From: Nitrosopumilus sp.
GTDB taxonomy: Archaea; Thermoproteota; Nitrososphaeria; Nitrososphaerales; Nitrosopumilaceae
DNA: 64,000 bases
Assembly (NCBI GenBank): GCA_965238275.1
Contig: OZ250186.1
Span: 2,152,669-2,216,668, forward strand
Direction: 5' to 3'
Below are positions 18,661 through 29,115 of this stretch, one piece after another. Numbering within the stretch: the first letter of the stretch is position 1; the number at the start of each line of letters is the position of its first letter. The translations under genes and the position numbers were made by a program. Under the pieces are notes generated by a model, which was not told the origin of the DNA, did not search any database, and saw only the letters and a list, made by a program, of their open reading frames with translations.

Positions 18661-18966
18661 CTAGTCATCCGGACAGGTAAGAGCCCTGAGATCCGTATAC
18701 CTCTTCTCCATGGCGTTGGCATGGGCCTGAACCTGTGGCAGTCCGTAGCATTCCTTGGAAAAGTACCACCGGATCGGAACCCAGTGTCCTATACCATCCA
18801 TGTCATGTATCATGCCCTTGTCGGCATTGACGTTTAGTTTTTCGTCAACAGACGTGTCCCGGATGGAGAGTCCCCTCTTGGTTTTATCCTCCATGACAAG
18901 ATCCGCATCGCTTTCCTTGATTAGATAAAAGGAACCCTCTTTGAGAACAGGAAGGTCCAGTAGCAA
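18661..18966 (-). CDS. Hypothetical protein (thaumarchaeal-type)
   Basis: 101-aa ORF immediately after the sulfurtransferase. Confidence 0.7.
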   Translation of the reverse strand: MLLDLPVLKEGSFYLIKESDADLVMEDKTKRGLSIRDTSVDEKLNVNADKGMIHDMDGIGHWVPIRWYFSKECYGLPQVQAHANAMEKRYTDLRALTCPDD

Positions 18967-18967
18967 T

Positions 18968-19813
18968 TTACCGTTCCACGGGATTTCCTATCATGTTGCC
19001 CCATTCAGTCCACGAGCCATCGTAGTTTCTAACCCTGGGGTATCCCAGCAGGTACTTGAGCACAAACCAGCTGTGAGAGGATCTCTCGCCAATTCTGCAG
19101 TAGCAGATTACATCCTTGTCTGCAGTGACACCCAGAGGTTCGTAATTCTGCCTCAGTTCCTCGACAGACTTGAATGTCCCGTCAGCATCGTTGACTGCCG
19201 TGGCCCACGGAATGTTGTTTGCGTCAGGAATGTGTCCGCCCCTCTGTGCATGCTCCGTCGGGTATTCCGGGGGTGCGGTGATCTTGCCTGAAAATTCCGC
19301 AGGAGAACGTACATCGACCATCACCGTATCTTCCCGGTCCAGTGCGCGCCGAACATCAAACAGGTACGCCCTCAGTCCCTCATCGGGTGGTTGGGCGCTA
19401 TACCCGACAGGCTCCAGATTGGGCTCGCCAGTCGTGTATTTGCGATCCTCCAGCTCCCACTTTTTCCGTCCGCCGTTCATAATCCGGACGTCATCATGAC
19501 CGTAATACTTGAACACCCAGAAGACGAATGCGGCAAACCAGTTGTTAAAGTCGCCGTACAAAACAACGGCAGTGTCAGAACCGATTCCATTCCTTGACAT
19601 TAATTCTTCAAACTGTTTTTTGTTGATAATGTCCCGTGTTACCGGATCGTTAATGTCGCGCTTCCACCAGATCAGGCTTGCGCCATCGATGTGGCCCTTT
19701 TGGTACGCGTTTACAGGATCATAATCGACTTCCACCAGTCGCCGGTTTTTGCCGGGGGGGTTCTGTGAGACCCACTGGGTATCCACCAGCACGTCAGGAT
19801 CCGCATAACTCAT
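18968..19813 (-). CDS. Thiosulfate sulfurtransferase (two-domain rhodanese)
   Basis: GHIDGA, YCRIGERS, YDGSWTEW motifs. Confidence 0.93.
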   Translation of the reverse strand: MSYADPDVLVDTQWVSQNPPGKNRRLVEVDYDPVNAYQKGHIDGASLIWWKRDINDPVTRDIINKKQFEELMSRNGIGSDTAVVLYGDFNNWFAAFVFWVFKYYGHDDVRIMNGGRKKWELEDRKYTTGEPNLEPVGYSAQPPDEGLRAYLFDVRRALDREDTVMVDVRSPAEFSGKITAPPEYPTEHAQRGGHIPDANNIPWATAVNDADGTFKSVEELRQNYEPLGVTADKDVICYCRIGERSSHSWFVLKYLLGYPRVRNYDGSWTEWGNMIGNPVER

Positions 19814-19994
19814 GATGCCGGTATGGCTTGTTCATAATTAACTGTTTACTGAAAGGCGGAAACCAATTCCATAAGCCGCATACAGCAGGCATGGGGGCGA
19901 TGCAGGGCACGGCTTTTGACAGGACGGGTCGTCGGATTGTGCGGGACTGCCGACAAAAGATGACTTTTATGTAAATGCAAACAAGGTAGGGTGG

Positions 19995-20810
19995 TTGAAT
20001 CTTCAAAGGGTCGCAGTAGTCAGCAAGGTTGGATCAAAAGAGTCAGAGCAGGCTGCAAGGGATGTTGCAGGGAAGCTTCTGGCAAAGGGGATCATAGTGT
20101 ATACGATATCGCCAATCAGCGTGGAGTCGGCAAAGGAGATGGAGTCCCTTGAGGAACTAAAGAAGATCAGGCTGGACCTTGTCATAACCCTTGGAGGGGA
20201 CGGCACCACCCTGAGGGTCTTTAGAAACCTGGACAACGAGGCCCCCATTCTGACAATAAACGTGGGGGGGAACAGGGGAATACTCTCGGAGATAACCATT
20301 GGGGAGATCGACGACGCGATAGAACAGATTCTTGCAGGCAAGTTTTTTCTGGACAGGAGGATCAGGGTGGTCGCATCCTGCGGAGGCGAGGAGTTTCCGC
20401 CCGCCCTCAACGAGATCTACATCAGCAGGACAAACCTGACAAGAACCTCAGAGATTGAGATAAAGTTTCAAAACGACACCGTGCAGCAAAAGATGGACGG
20501 GGTGATCGTTGCGACGCCTAGCGGCTCCACCGGGCATTCGTTTTCGCTGGGCGGTCCGATCCTGCACGAGAGCCTGGATGTCCTCATCATAACCCCGGTC
20601 GCCCCGGTATACAGGCTGGAGTCAATCGTAGTCCCCGACGAGAAGATTGAGATCGTATCGTCGCACGACAGCAGCATTGTGATGGATGCGCAGGTGGTAA
20701 AGGCGGCAGGGTACGGAGAGCCCATCATCATCAAAAAGTACAGAAAGCACGCAGTCTTTGTAAGACTCAAAAAGCGCGGACTCAGGCAGATGGGCAAGCT
20801 TGGGTACTAG
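19995..20810 (+). CDS. nadK: NAD kinase
   Basis: GGDGT, ALNE, DGVIVATPSGSTGHSFSLGGP. Confidence 0.93.
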   Translation: MNLQRVAVVSKVGSKESEQAARDVAGKLLAKGIIVYTISPISVESAKEMESLEELKKIRLDLVITLGGDGTTLRVFRNLDNEAPILTINVGGNRGILSEITIGEIDDAIEQILAGKFFLDRRIRVVASCGGEEFPPALNEIYISRTNLTRTSEIEIKFQNDTVQQKMDGVIVATPSGSTGHSFSLGGPILHESLDVLIITPVAPVYRLESIVVPDEKIEIVSSHDSSIVMDAQVVKAAGYGEPIIIKKYRKHAVFVRLKKRGLRQMGKLGY

Positions 20811-21297
20811 AATTCTGGATGCAAGTGCATTTTATGCAGGGGTTCCGTTTGGATCCCCCGTACGCTCCCACACGTCCCGGCTGGTCTACGAGGAGATCAA
20901 GCACATAAAGAAGAGCCACGACGCGCTGGGCATCCTGCTGGACACCGGAAGGCTGCAGGTCAGGGAGCCGGACGGTGCGTCAGTCGATGCAGCGCTCAGG
21001 GCTGCAAGAAGAACCGGGGACATCCTGCAGCTTTCAAGGCAGGACATATCAATTATTGCCATGGGCATTGAGATGAAAGGCGAGATTGTTACTGACGATT
21101 TTGCAGTCTCAAACGTGGCAAGGAGTCTGGGCCTGAAGGTCTCGCCCGTGATGACCCGCGGGATAACTGATGTAGGCAGGTGGGTTCATTACTGTCCGGG
21201 ATGCAGGACAAACCACACAGGCACGTCAGAGTGTCCTGCATGCGGAACGCGTCTCAAAAGGAAGCTTCTCAAGGGTCGTGCAGGGTCTTCTGGCTAG
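20800..21297 (+). CDS. nob1: Nob1-like PIN endonuclease with zinc ribbon
   Basis: ILDASAF, TDDFAVSNVA, CPGC/CPACG. Confidence 0.85.
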   Translation: MGTRILDASAFYAGVPFGSPVRSHTSRLVYEEIKHIKKSHDALGILLDTGRLQVREPDGASVDAALRAARRTGDILQLSRQDISIIAMGIEMKGEIVTDDFAVSNVARSLGLKVSPVMTRGITDVGRWVHYCPGCRTNHTGTSECPACGTRLKRKLLKGRAGSSG

Positions 21298-21955
21298 ACT
21301 CCTTTGAGAAGCTGCTTTTGGTGCACAGCGTCCTTTTGATCTTCTTTGATCTGGCCTGGCCGAATCCCTCAATCTTGGCAATCTCCGTGCTGCTTGCAGA
21401 GAATGCCTTGAGCGGCGTCTCAAACCTCTCAAGCATTCTTACTGCAAACTTTTCACCGACCCCCGGAAGGCTGCAGAGGACGGACAGCTGCTGCTTTTCA
21501 AGATCGGCGGACTTTTTGATCTTCTTGAGGTATGGCCCCTTGGCAGACTCCTTTCTGGAGCACATGGAGACTAGCAGCTTGGCTGTGTGGGCGGCGCTGG
21601 GGGTCGGAATTACTGGAATTTTAAAATCAAGCGCGACAGTGGACAGGGCACCGTAGAATATCATCGGGTTGTCTGTGATCTCATCAATCTCATCTACGTT
21701 TCCCTCCATGAGGACGACAGGGTATTCAAAGTGCTCCTTGAGCCGGGAGCATTGATCAAACAGCCTTCCGTCAAATACGGACGACATCAGATCACGGATG
21801 CTCTTTCGCTCCACGACAGTCTCGGATGCGACGATGTAGTCCCCTACCAGAAGCGTCTTTGTCTCGACGCTCAGGCCAATCGACTTGAGAAGATCAGGAA
21901 TTCCGCTCTTCTTCTCCCTCTCATCTGCGACTATCCGAAGGCCTGCCAGGTTCAT
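21269..21955 (-). CDS. ERCC4/XPF-family nuclease with HhH domain
   Basis: DEREKKS, GDYIV, VERKSIRD, LPGVGEK. Confidence 0.9.
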   Translation of the reverse strand: MNLAGLRIVADEREKKSGIPDLLKSIGLSVETKTLLVGDYIVASETVVERKSIRDLMSSVFDGRLFDQCSRLKEHFEYPVVLMEGNVDEIDEITDNPMIFYGALSTVALDFKIPVIPTPSAAHTAKLLVSMCSRKESAKGPYLKKIKKSADLEKQQLSVLCSLPGVGEKFAVRMLERFETPLKAFSASSTEIAKIEGFGQARSKKIKRTLCTKSSFSKESSQKTLHDP

Positions 21956-22014
21956 TACTGGTACATGCCAGACTGCGGGTATATCAAGCCATGCGCACAC
22001 CCAGGCTACTACTA

Positions 22015-22407
22015 CTACCGCCTGGAACTATCAGAAGGCGGCGCACCCGGGGGGCCGCCACCGCTCTTCATCATCTGGGTAATGTGTGCCTCCTGTTCCT
22101 TGAGGGTCTCCTTGAGGCGCGTCTCCTGCTTTTCAAGCACGGTCATGCGCGTCTTTGCCATGACCTGCCTCTCCTCTAGATCATCGATTAGATCCTTCCT
22201 CGTTGATCGTATCATGACAGTTCCCACGTGTTTAAAGACGGCATCGTCATCGCCTGCCCTTTGCAGCTCCTCTAGCGCCTTTGTCGTTTCAGCCCTTTCC
22301 ATCTCAAGGTGTTGTCTCTGGGTCATGACCGACTGCAGGTTCTGCTGGGACTGCTGCATCTTGGTTATCTGTTCCTGAAGCCACGGCGGCATCTGTCTTG
22401 ATGACAT
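22015..22407 (-). CDS. pfdB: Prefoldin beta subunit
   Basis: Coiled coils flanking VFKHVGTVMI; exosome operon context. Confidence 0.9.
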   Translation of the reverse strand: MSSRQMPPWLQEQITKMQQSQQNLQSVMTQRQHLEMERAETTKALEELQRAGDDDAVFKHVGTVMIRSTRKDLIDDLEERQVMAKTRMTVLEKQETRLKETLKEQEAHITQMMKSGGGPPGAPPSDSSRR

Positions 22408-22430
22408 GGCTACCCTGAAACTTTGTTTCG

Positions 22431-22673
22431 TTATATCTTTACCGATTCTATCGAGTCATGGCAGGCCCGGATGAGGCGCAGCGTGGAGTTGAGGTTTGCC
22501 CTCAGGTGTGCAAGATTCTCGGACTCTACGCGGATAAGGATTGCATCATCATCATCATCATCACCCATCTGGATGCTGGTTTTGACAGTGTTGTCAATCC
22601 CAATGGAGTCAAAAATGGCTTTTGTCTTGTCCCCTGCATCGACGGTAATTCTTGCGCTAAAGCTTGATGTCAT
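22431..22673 (-). CDS. pcc1: KEOPS subunit Pcc1
   Basis: HLRANLNSTLRLI motif between rpl37ae and pfdB. Confidence 0.8.
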   Translation of the reverse strand: MTSSFSARITVDAGDKTKAIFDSIGIDNTVKTSIQMGDDDDDDAILIRVESENLAHLRANLNSTLRLIRACHDSIESVKI

Positions 22674-22869
22674 ATGCGGTTCCGGCTATCTTGAGGTTGC
22701 ATTTTTTGCAGGACCATATCCCCACGGCATCCCGGCCAAACGTCTTGGAACCGCATTCAGGGCAGGTTCTCTTCTCTTTTAGCTGGAGATGGATCTTTGT
22801 GTACTGTTTTCTCAACTTGATGCCATACCTTGCACCAAGGCCCTTGAGTGATTTCTTTGCCTTTGCCAT
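22657..22869 (-). CDS. rpl37ae: 50S ribosomal protein L37ae (eL43)
   Basis: GARYG, CPECG, GIWSCKKC. Confidence 0.93.
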   Translation of the reverse strand: MAKAKKSLKGLGARYGIKLRKQYTKIHLQLKEKRTCPECGSKTFGRDAVGIWSCKKCNLKIAGTAYDIKL

Positions 22870-22870
22870 T

Positions 22871-23686
22871 TCAGGCCCCCTGTGCGGATTCCTTGATCTG
22901 CTCGCGTATCTTTGCCCCAATCCGGACAGATATCTCTCCGCATCGGACTACCTCGTCCTGGGTGAATCCGTCGGCTCCGCCCTTTTGGAGTGCACAGATG
23001 TTTCCGTCAGAGTTGCTGGCAATGGTTATCCTGGCATCCATGCAGCTCCACTCGTCTGCGTTTGGATCGACTATGATGTGACTTCCAATCTTGCCCATGG
23101 TTACAGAGACAGGTATGGTCGTGACAGGCACAGGCAACTCCTCGCCCTCTACCAGCGTGGGGATGTCATTTACCATGCTCCACGTGGGCATTTTGGATGT
23201 GAGCAGGGCCGCAGTGGCAGCATAAGAGCATGCATCAAACAGGTTTCCGTCATAGTCTACTACCACGTTGTCTGCAAAGACGCCCACTACGGACTTGTTG
23301 GCCTCAATTACCAGCTGGGAGACGTCCACCATGTGGCTCTCCCGTATTCCCCGGTCTACCACCCTTGCCAGCTCGATTACGGCAGGTCCCGGCGGTCCGG
23401 TCTCTACGGTGGGGTGTGAAAGTGGCAACAGTTCTGCAGTACAGATGAAGATTCCCTTGTCGCCCGTGTCAGGAAATGGCCTGTCCGGTTGAATCTTTAT
23501 TCCGCAAACCACCTCGGTCTCTCCGAGCAGTACGCGGGCCGAGCCGTTTGCCTTGGGAATTGCGTTTACCTGTATGGTTATCTTTCTTGGCTCCTCAAGG
23601 GCCCTTCCGTCGGTTCTCTTGCCCTGTGCCAGAAGCTCGAGAATCTGCACCCGTTTCAGATCGTTGATTATTGCAGATGATGTCAT
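22871..23686 (-). CDS. rrp42: Exosome complex component Rrp42
   Basis: RNase PH fold, RTDGR, ELARVVDRGIRES, DYDGNLFDA. Confidence 0.93.
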   Translation of the reverse strand: MTSSAIINDLKRVQILELLAQGKRTDGRALEEPRKITIQVNAIPKANGSARVLLGETEVVCGIKIQPDRPFPDTGDKGIFICTAELLPLSHPTVETGPPGPAVIELARVVDRGIRESHMVDVSQLVIEANKSVVGVFADNVVVDYDGNLFDACSYAATAALLTSKMPTWSMVNDIPTLVEGEELPVPVTTIPVSVTMGKIGSHIIVDPNADEWSCMDARITIASNSDGNICALQKGGADGFTQDEVVRCGEISVRIGAKIREQIKESAQGA

Positions 23687-24417
23687 TTCCTGTCGCCTTC
23701 AAAGTATTTGTTGTGGAGTGCCTTCTTTTGCAGGTCATATACTATCTTGCATCCCTCGATTCCCACTTCCACGCACTTTTTGTACTCTTCGGGAGTCATG
23801 ATGCCGTCCAGTTGCAGGAGGGTAATCTTTTTCATGTTTGGCATGTAGCCGATTGGCATGTCAGCCTGTCCGGCCTGGTCTTCTTCATTATTGACATCAA
23901 GGATTACAGTGTCTGCCACCTTGCCTGCAGCGCACGCAGCCACCATGTCCCTCATCGGAATTCCGGCATCTGCCAGCGCGACGGAGGCTGCAGAGAGAGC
24001 CGCGCACCTTGTTCCGCCGTCTGCCTGAAGTACCTCAATAAACACATCGACTGCGGTTCGTGGGAATTTTTCCAGAATTACCGCAGGCTCCAGGGCCTCC
24101 TTGATCACCTTTGATATCTCAATTTCACGTCTGGAGGGGGCTGGATTCTTTCGCTCGTCTACCGAGAACGGTTCCATGTGATACCTGACGCGCAGTATTC
24201 CCGTATCCGTATTGGACATGTGTTTTGGATGCACGTCTCGTGGACCAAAGACGCCCACTACAATCTTGTTGTCGCCAAATTCAATGTACGCCGAACCGTC
24301 TGCATTCTTTAGTCCGCCGGCCTTTATCATTATTGGCCTGGGCTCGTCAACCTTTCTGCCGTCACAACGAATGCCGTTCTTGTCTAACAGTACTAACTTT
24401 GCATCTCTTCCACCCAT
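23683..24417 (-). CDS. rrp41: Exosome complex exonuclease Rrp41
   Basis: ADGSAYIEFG, VLQADGGTRCA. Confidence 0.95.
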   Translation of the reverse strand: MGGRDAKLVLLDKNGIRCDGRKVDEPRPIMIKAGGLKNADGSAYIEFGDNKIVVGVFGPRDVHPKHMSNTDTGILRVRYHMEPFSVDERKNPAPSRREIEISKVIKEALEPAVILEKFPRTAVDVFIEVLQADGGTRCAALSAASVALADAGIPMRDMVAACAAGKVADTVILDVNNEEDQAGQADMPIGYMPNMKKITLLQLDGIMTPEEYKKCVEVGIEGCKIVYDLQKKALHNKYFEGDRK

Positions 24418-25094
24418 TATGATTCACCTTTTGATTCCAGCATTTCTTTTACCTGATCAGCCAAATTGGCAACATGTGCGTTTTCATCTACCATTTGGAT
24501 GGCCTTTTTAGCCTTTAATAAGCCATGGGGAGTATCACAGGATACGACAACCCAGCCGTTCTGGCCTATCGTGACTGCCGCGTCGGTTGCAAGCTCTATG
24601 GCCTGAATCATGGCGCCCTTCTTTCCGATTAGTCTTGGAATCTTGCTGGGGGATATCTTGACCAAGTCACCAGAGTCAATCTTGCCCAGATCCCGGTCAG
24701 ACACTGTCACCAGCGGATCCCGGGTCCTGTCAAAGTTTGCTATCCTGGCAGCCACCAGATCCCCGGCACTGAGTTTCGAGGAGAGCTCGTCGGCATGTGC
24801 AGAAAAGTCCCGTCCAAAAACATCCTGTGCAGGCAGAAATCCCACATAGCACGAGTTGATGTCAAGCTCCCATGACAGCGATGTGTGGGAGATTACCTTG
24901 CCGATAACAAGATCATTAATCTTTGGAATATACTTGCCAGTCAGCGGGATGACCTTTGCAGAGTCGTCATAAATCTCGGAGATTCCGACTGCGGTGGAGA
25001 TTATGTTTTTTCCGTCAAGTATTACGTTCTGCTCGGGCCTGAACGGTCCGGTGGTAACAACATCGCCTGGAATCACGTATCTTCGCCGGTTCAT
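24417..25094 (-). CDS. rrp4: Exosome RNA-binding protein Rrp4
   Basis: VIPGD, S1 and KH (PRLIGKKG, GQNGWV) domains. Confidence 0.93.
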   Translation of the reverse strand: MNRRRYVIPGDVVTTGPFRPEQNVILDGKNIISTAVGISEIYDDSAKVIPLTGKYIPKINDLVIGKVISHTSLSWELDINSCYVGFLPAQDVFGRDFSAHADELSSKLSAGDLVAARIANFDRTRDPLVTVSDRDLGKIDSGDLVKISPSKIPRLIGKKGAMIQAIELATDAAVTIGQNGWVVVSCDTPHGLLKAKKAIQMVDENAHVANLADQVKEMLESKGES

Positions 25095-25777
25095 TGGATT
25101 ACCTCGACTGCAGCGGATCCTCTGGTTATGGAACCCAATCTATCTATCACGTTTGGCCTTGCTCCAGCGGGTATTTCAAGTATTGCTTTTAGCGAACCGT
25201 TGTTCTGCCATTCCTCCTTTTGCAGGGATCCCACGGATTTTAGTACCGCATACGACTGGGCCGCATACTGTGCTGGAATGAGGATCTCCAGCCGCAGGCT
25301 TTCAGACTTTAGTGCGATTATCGAGCGCAGTTTCTCAACGATATCCTTTACCTGCTCGTCGACGCTCCGCTGCGGATCAATCGAGATGCGGCCGTCCTTC
25401 ATGGCCTGCTCGATTCTCAATGCGGGGTGCGGAAAATGTGTCCTGGGATCCACATACGTCTTGGCAATGAATCCTATGATCTGCCTCCTCTTTTCATCGA
25501 TCATCTTACGCCGTTGATCGGTTGTAAGATTCAGATCACCTTTTTGGAGGATTATTTTTGCTATTTCAGAGGCGTCCTCCGTCTTGAAGGCGTTTAGGAG
25601 TTTCTCCATCGAGGGCTTTGTTCCCTTTCCGGAGTCAGAATAGATCTCATCGGAGACCAGGACAGAGGAGATCTCCTTCTTCCGGCCCAGCCGGTAGTCA
25701 AGGGCCGGATCGGGCTTCACCAGGATCTCAAACTTTTCACCTTCAAAGGAATACCTAACCACTGTAATGTCTGCCAT
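25091..25777 (-). CDS. Ribosome maturation protein SBDS/Sdo1
   Basis: GEKFEILV, DPRTHFPHP. Confidence 0.93.
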   Translation of the reverse strand: MADITVVRYSFEGEKFEILVKPDPALDYRLGRKKEISSVLVSDEIYSDSGKGTKPSMEKLLNAFKTEDASEIAKIILQKGDLNLTTDQRRKMIDEKRRQIIGFIAKTYVDPRTHFPHPALRIEQAMKDGRISIDPQRSVDEQVKDIVEKLRSIIALKSESLRLEILIPAQYAAQSYAVLKSVGSLQKEEWQNNGSLKAILEIPAGARPNVIDRLGSITRGSAAVEVIQ

Positions 25778-25882
25778 TTCTAAGACACGTAGGATTGCTG
25801 GGTATTTATTTATTGGAATCAGACAGGGGAGAGGGCCTTCCCGCTAGCTTTTTATTTGGACTGAGGAGAACTTTTTCGAGAC

Positions 25883-26521
25883 TTGTCGTCCTTGGAGATA
25901 GTTAAAAAAGATAGCCATAAAATTTCTGTAAAGTTCAGCGGAGTTCCCCTCCAATACGCAAATGCCCTAAGACGCATATGCCTCAACGGCATTCCGGTGT
26001 TTGCAATCGGCGATGTGGACGTAATAGAGAACTCATCGGTGCTCCCAGACGAGGGTCTCGCACACAGGCTTGGGCTTGTGCCGATAAGGACCGATCTGCA
26101 TAGATTCAATGAGCGATCAGAGTGCGACTGCAACAGTGAAAAGGGATGCTCCAACTGCTCAGTCATGCTGTATCTGGATTCTGGAGAATCCGATGTTACA
26201 AGAACCATCTTCTCAAACGAGCTGTCCTCTGAGGACGATGTCATAAAGCCAACCTCAGACAAAATCCCCATAGTGGATCTTGCCCCGGGTCAGAAGATAA
26301 AAATCGAGTGCCATGCCATGCTGGGACGCGGAACAGAGCACGCCAAGTGGAACTCGGCAAACATCTCGACTTTGATCGATGCTGACAATGCAGGCGAAAA
26401 GATCCTCACAGTAGAGTCTACAGGGTCACTCGACCCCGAACAGATCATCCTTGCGGGAATAGACGAGGTCAAGGACAAGCTGGGCGAGTTCAGAGAGATG
26501 CTGGACAGGATTGAGGCGTAA
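25883..26521 (+). CDS. rpoD: RNA polymerase subunit D (Rpo3)
   Basis: YANALRR, ENSSVLPDEGLAHRLGLVP, EHAKW. Confidence 0.95.
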   Translation: MSSLEIVKKDSHKISVKFSGVPLQYANALRRICLNGIPVFAIGDVDVIENSSVLPDEGLAHRLGLVPIRTDLHRFNERSECDCNSEKGCSNCSVMLYLDSGESDVTRTIFSNELSSEDDVIKPTSDKIPIVDLAPGQKIKIECHAMLGRGTEHAKWNSANISTLIDADNAGEKILTVESTGSLDPEQIILAGIDEVKDKLGEFREMLDRIEA

Positions 26522-26575
26522 TCCGGGCAATACAAATCATACACGTTATATTTGGGTTATAAACCGCTTATTCAC

Positions 26576-26923
26576 ATGACAAATCAAGTAGTGGTGCACA
26601 TGGCCAGAAATTTAAGAAAGGCCTCGGCTGCCAACGATGCCCCAATCTGGGCAAAACTGGCAGAGTACGCGCTAAAGCCATCCATAGCAAGAAGGGACAT
26701 CAACGTCAACAGGATTGGCCAGCTTACAAAAAAGGGCGACACCGTGGTGTTTCCGGGAAAGGTTCTCGGCACAGGCAGCATACCCCACGACATTACGCTG
26801 TTCTCGTTTGCCATATCGCGCACTGCAGCAGACAAGATAACAGGCAGCGGCGGGAAGTTGATCGGATATTCGGAACTCATCGAGCAGAATCCCACAGGCA
26901 AGGGGGTGGTACTGCTTGGCTAG
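26576..26923 (+). CDS. rpl18e: 50S ribosomal protein L18e
   Basis: APIWAK, VFPGKVLGTG. Confidence 0.93.
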   Translation: MTNQVVVHMARNLRKASAANDAPIWAKLAEYALKPSIARRDINVNRIGQLTKKGDTVVFPGKVLGTGSIPHDITLFSFAISRTAADKITGSGGKLIGYSELIEQNPTGKGVVLLG

Positions 26924-27386
26924 TAGCAGCCAGGAGCAGGTAGTAAGAACCGACAGGCCCATAGTCGTTGATGCGACGGATCACATCGCAGGAAGGCTTG
27001 CATCGCATGTCGCAAAACTGCTCCTCAAGGGCAACAGGGTTTCTCTGGTAAACTGTGAAAAGATCATGATCAGCGGAACCAGGACAAACATCATTCAGGA
27101 GTACAGGGAGTTTTTGGAGATCAACAGCATAATCAACCCAAAACACGGTCCGGTCCATTATCGCAGGCCGGACACGATAATCAGCAAGATGGTTCGTGGA
27201 ATGCTCCCCCATGACAGAAAGCCTTCAGGCAAGGAGGCACACAAGAGGCTGAGGGCATACATTGGATCTCCAAAGGATGTAAAGTCTCTCAAGAAGATCC
27301 AGTTTGAAAAGGCAAAAATTAAAAGAACCGCATCACAGTATGTCACAATGGCGCAGCTGTGCAGGGTGATAGGGTGGACTGAATGA
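26916..27386 (+). CDS. rpl13: 50S ribosomal protein L13
   Basis: GRLASHVAK, VRGMLP. Confidence 0.95.
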   Translation: MASSSQEQVVRTDRPIVVDATDHIAGRLASHVAKLLLKGNRVSLVNCEKIMISGTRTNIIQEYREFLEINSIINPKHGPVHYRRPDTIISKMVRGMLPHDRKPSGKEAHKRLRAYIGSPKDVKSLKKIQFEKAKIKRTASQYVTMAQLCRVIGWTE

Positions 27387-27832
27387 CCGTTCCAAAGACT
27401 GAGATTTATTTTGCAACCAGAAAGGCTGCCAGTGCACGGGTATACATTACAAAAGGACAGGGAAGAGTCCGCATCAACAATGTCCCAGTGGAGATGATTC
27501 CGCAGGAGACTGCCCGCGAGGTCGTCATGGCTCCGCTGGAGATACTAGGCGACCTGAGAAACAGGGTTGACGTATCAGTGAGGGTCAGGGGCGGAGGCTT
27601 CATGGGGCAGGCAGGTGCAATCGCGACAGGAATCTCAAGGGCGCTTGTAGGCTGGACAAAGTCTAAAAAGGATCCAAGGGATCATCCGTTCCCAAAATCC
27701 ATCAGGGAGGATCTAAGAAGAAGAATAACTGATTTTGACAAGTATCTGATCAGCGGGGATGCCAGGCAGAAGGAACCAAAGAAGTTTGGCGGGCCCGGGG
27801 CCAGAAGAAGAAAGCAGAAATCATACCGTTAG
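27383..27832 (+). CDS. rps9: 30S ribosomal protein S9
   Basis: GGGFMGQA, EPKKFGGPGAR...QKSYR. Confidence 0.96.
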   Translation: MTVPKTEIYFATRKAASARVYITKGQGRVRINNVPVEMIPQETAREVVMAPLEILGDLRNRVDVSVRVRGGGFMGQAGAIATGISRALVGWTKSKKDPRDHPFPKSIREDLRRRITDFDKYLISGDARQKEPKKFGGPGARRRKQKSYR

Positions 27833-27835
27833 GCC

Positions 27836-28555
27836 GTGAAGAGCGTAATTCTGGCAGGCGGCAGTGGTTCCAGGGGAAGGCCGTATACTGACTACTTTCC
27901 AAAGGCCATGACGCCAATCAACGACAGGCCGCTGATCGATTATATCGTAAGATATCTGGAGTCATTTGATCTTATCGAGGAGATCATCATAGTGTCTGAC
28001 TTTAACGGCCTCGGGGGCCAGATTAAAAACTACTTTGGGGACAGCAGGAGGGGCCTTGTATACATCCAGGACTCCGGGAACGGAACTGCAGGAGATCTGC
28101 TGCATGCAGGAAGCATGCTGGACGGCCAGCCGGAGTTCCTTTTGTGGTTTGCAGACAACCTGTGCGCTGTCAGCCCGGAGGGGATGAGGGATGTCCTCAG
28201 GGAGAAGGAGAGCATGGCAGTAATTGCCACCAGGACAAGCAGGAGGGAGGAGACAGGGTTTGCAGTAGTGCAGGATGGAATAATCAAGCGGTTCATGGAA
28301 AAGCCCGTAATGCAGCTGCCGGCCTCCGAATGCCTTGGAATATACATGCTCAGGGGCGACATCATGGACAGAATCGGCCAGACTCAGAAGAAGGAGATCA
28401 ACCTGTCCTATGACATCCTGCAGCCGCTCTCAGGGGAGGACAGGATCAGCGCCTTTGACATAGGGGACAGGGAATGGATTGACGTCGAGTCCCCGACCGT
28501 CATTGACAGAAACAAGGATACCGTGGAAAGAATCATAGCACAGATGGGACTGTAG
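27836..28555 (+). CDS. NDP-sugar pyrophosphorylase-family nucleotidyltransferase
   Basis: ILAGGSGSR...PKAM, GTAG, FMEKP. Confidence 0.88.
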   Translation: MKSVILAGGSGSRGRPYTDYFPKAMTPINDRPLIDYIVRYLESFDLIEEIIIVSDFNGLGGQIKNYFGDSRRGLVYIQDSGNGTAGDLLHAGSMLDGQPEFLLWFADNLCAVSPEGMRDVLREKESMAVIATRTSRREETGFAVVQDGIIKRFMEKPVMQLPASECLGIYMLRGDIMDRIGQTQKKEINLSYDILQPLSGEDRISAFDIGDREWIDVESPTVIDRNKDTVERIIAQMGL

Positions 28556-29114
28556 AGGCCTTCTCAAACCTGGATATCTCATCTTCAAACTGGAACGTTC
28601 TGGCAATCTCGTCTAGGCCCTCGAGCAGTATCTGCTTCCGGTGGGACTCCATCTCAAAGGGTATCTCCTCAGACGGGGTGGTGATTGTCTGCTTTTCCAG
28701 ATCCACGTCCACCGTGCCAGTCTCCGAATAAAGCCGCCCAACCGTCTCAGGGTCCAGCTGTACAGGCAGGATGCCGTTCTTGAAGCAGTTGCTCAAAAAG
28801 ATGTCTGCAAAGGACGGTGCAACCACCACGGAGAATCCGTAGTCCATCAGCGCCCACACGGCATGCTCGCGGCTGGACCCGCAGCCAAAGTTTTCTCCGG
28901 TTACAAGTATCTTGGAACCGCCGTACTCTGGGTTGTTCAGGACAAAGTCAGTCTCCCTTCCTTCCTGGTCGTACCGCCAGTTGTAGAACAGGTACCTTCC
29001 AAAGCCGGATCTCTGGATCAGTTTTAGAAACTGTTTTGGGACGATCTGATCCGTATCCACGTTTATCTTCTCAAGGGGCGTGATGATGCCTGACACCCGG
29101 GAGAAAGGCTCCAC
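28533..29114 (-). CDS. leuD: 3-isopropylmalate dehydratase small subunit
   Basis: NVDTDQIVPKQFL, NFGCGSSREHA. Confidence 0.93.
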   Translation of the reverse strand: MEPFSRVSGIITPLEKINVDTDQIVPKQFLKLIQRSGFGRYLFYNWRYDQEGRETDFVLNNPEYGGSKILVTGENFGCGSSREHAVWALMDYGFSVVVAPSFADIFLSNCFKNGILPVQLDPETVGRLYSETGTVDVDLEKQTITTPSEEIPFEMESHRKQILLEGLDEIARTFQFEDEISRFEKASTVPSVL

Positions 29115-29115
29115 C

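Noticed and set aside
22544-22563. (CAT)n run giving poly-Asp in Pcc1; similar low-complexity tail in cofE (33240-33268)
   Set aside because: In-frame microsatellites in loops or tails, no functional signal
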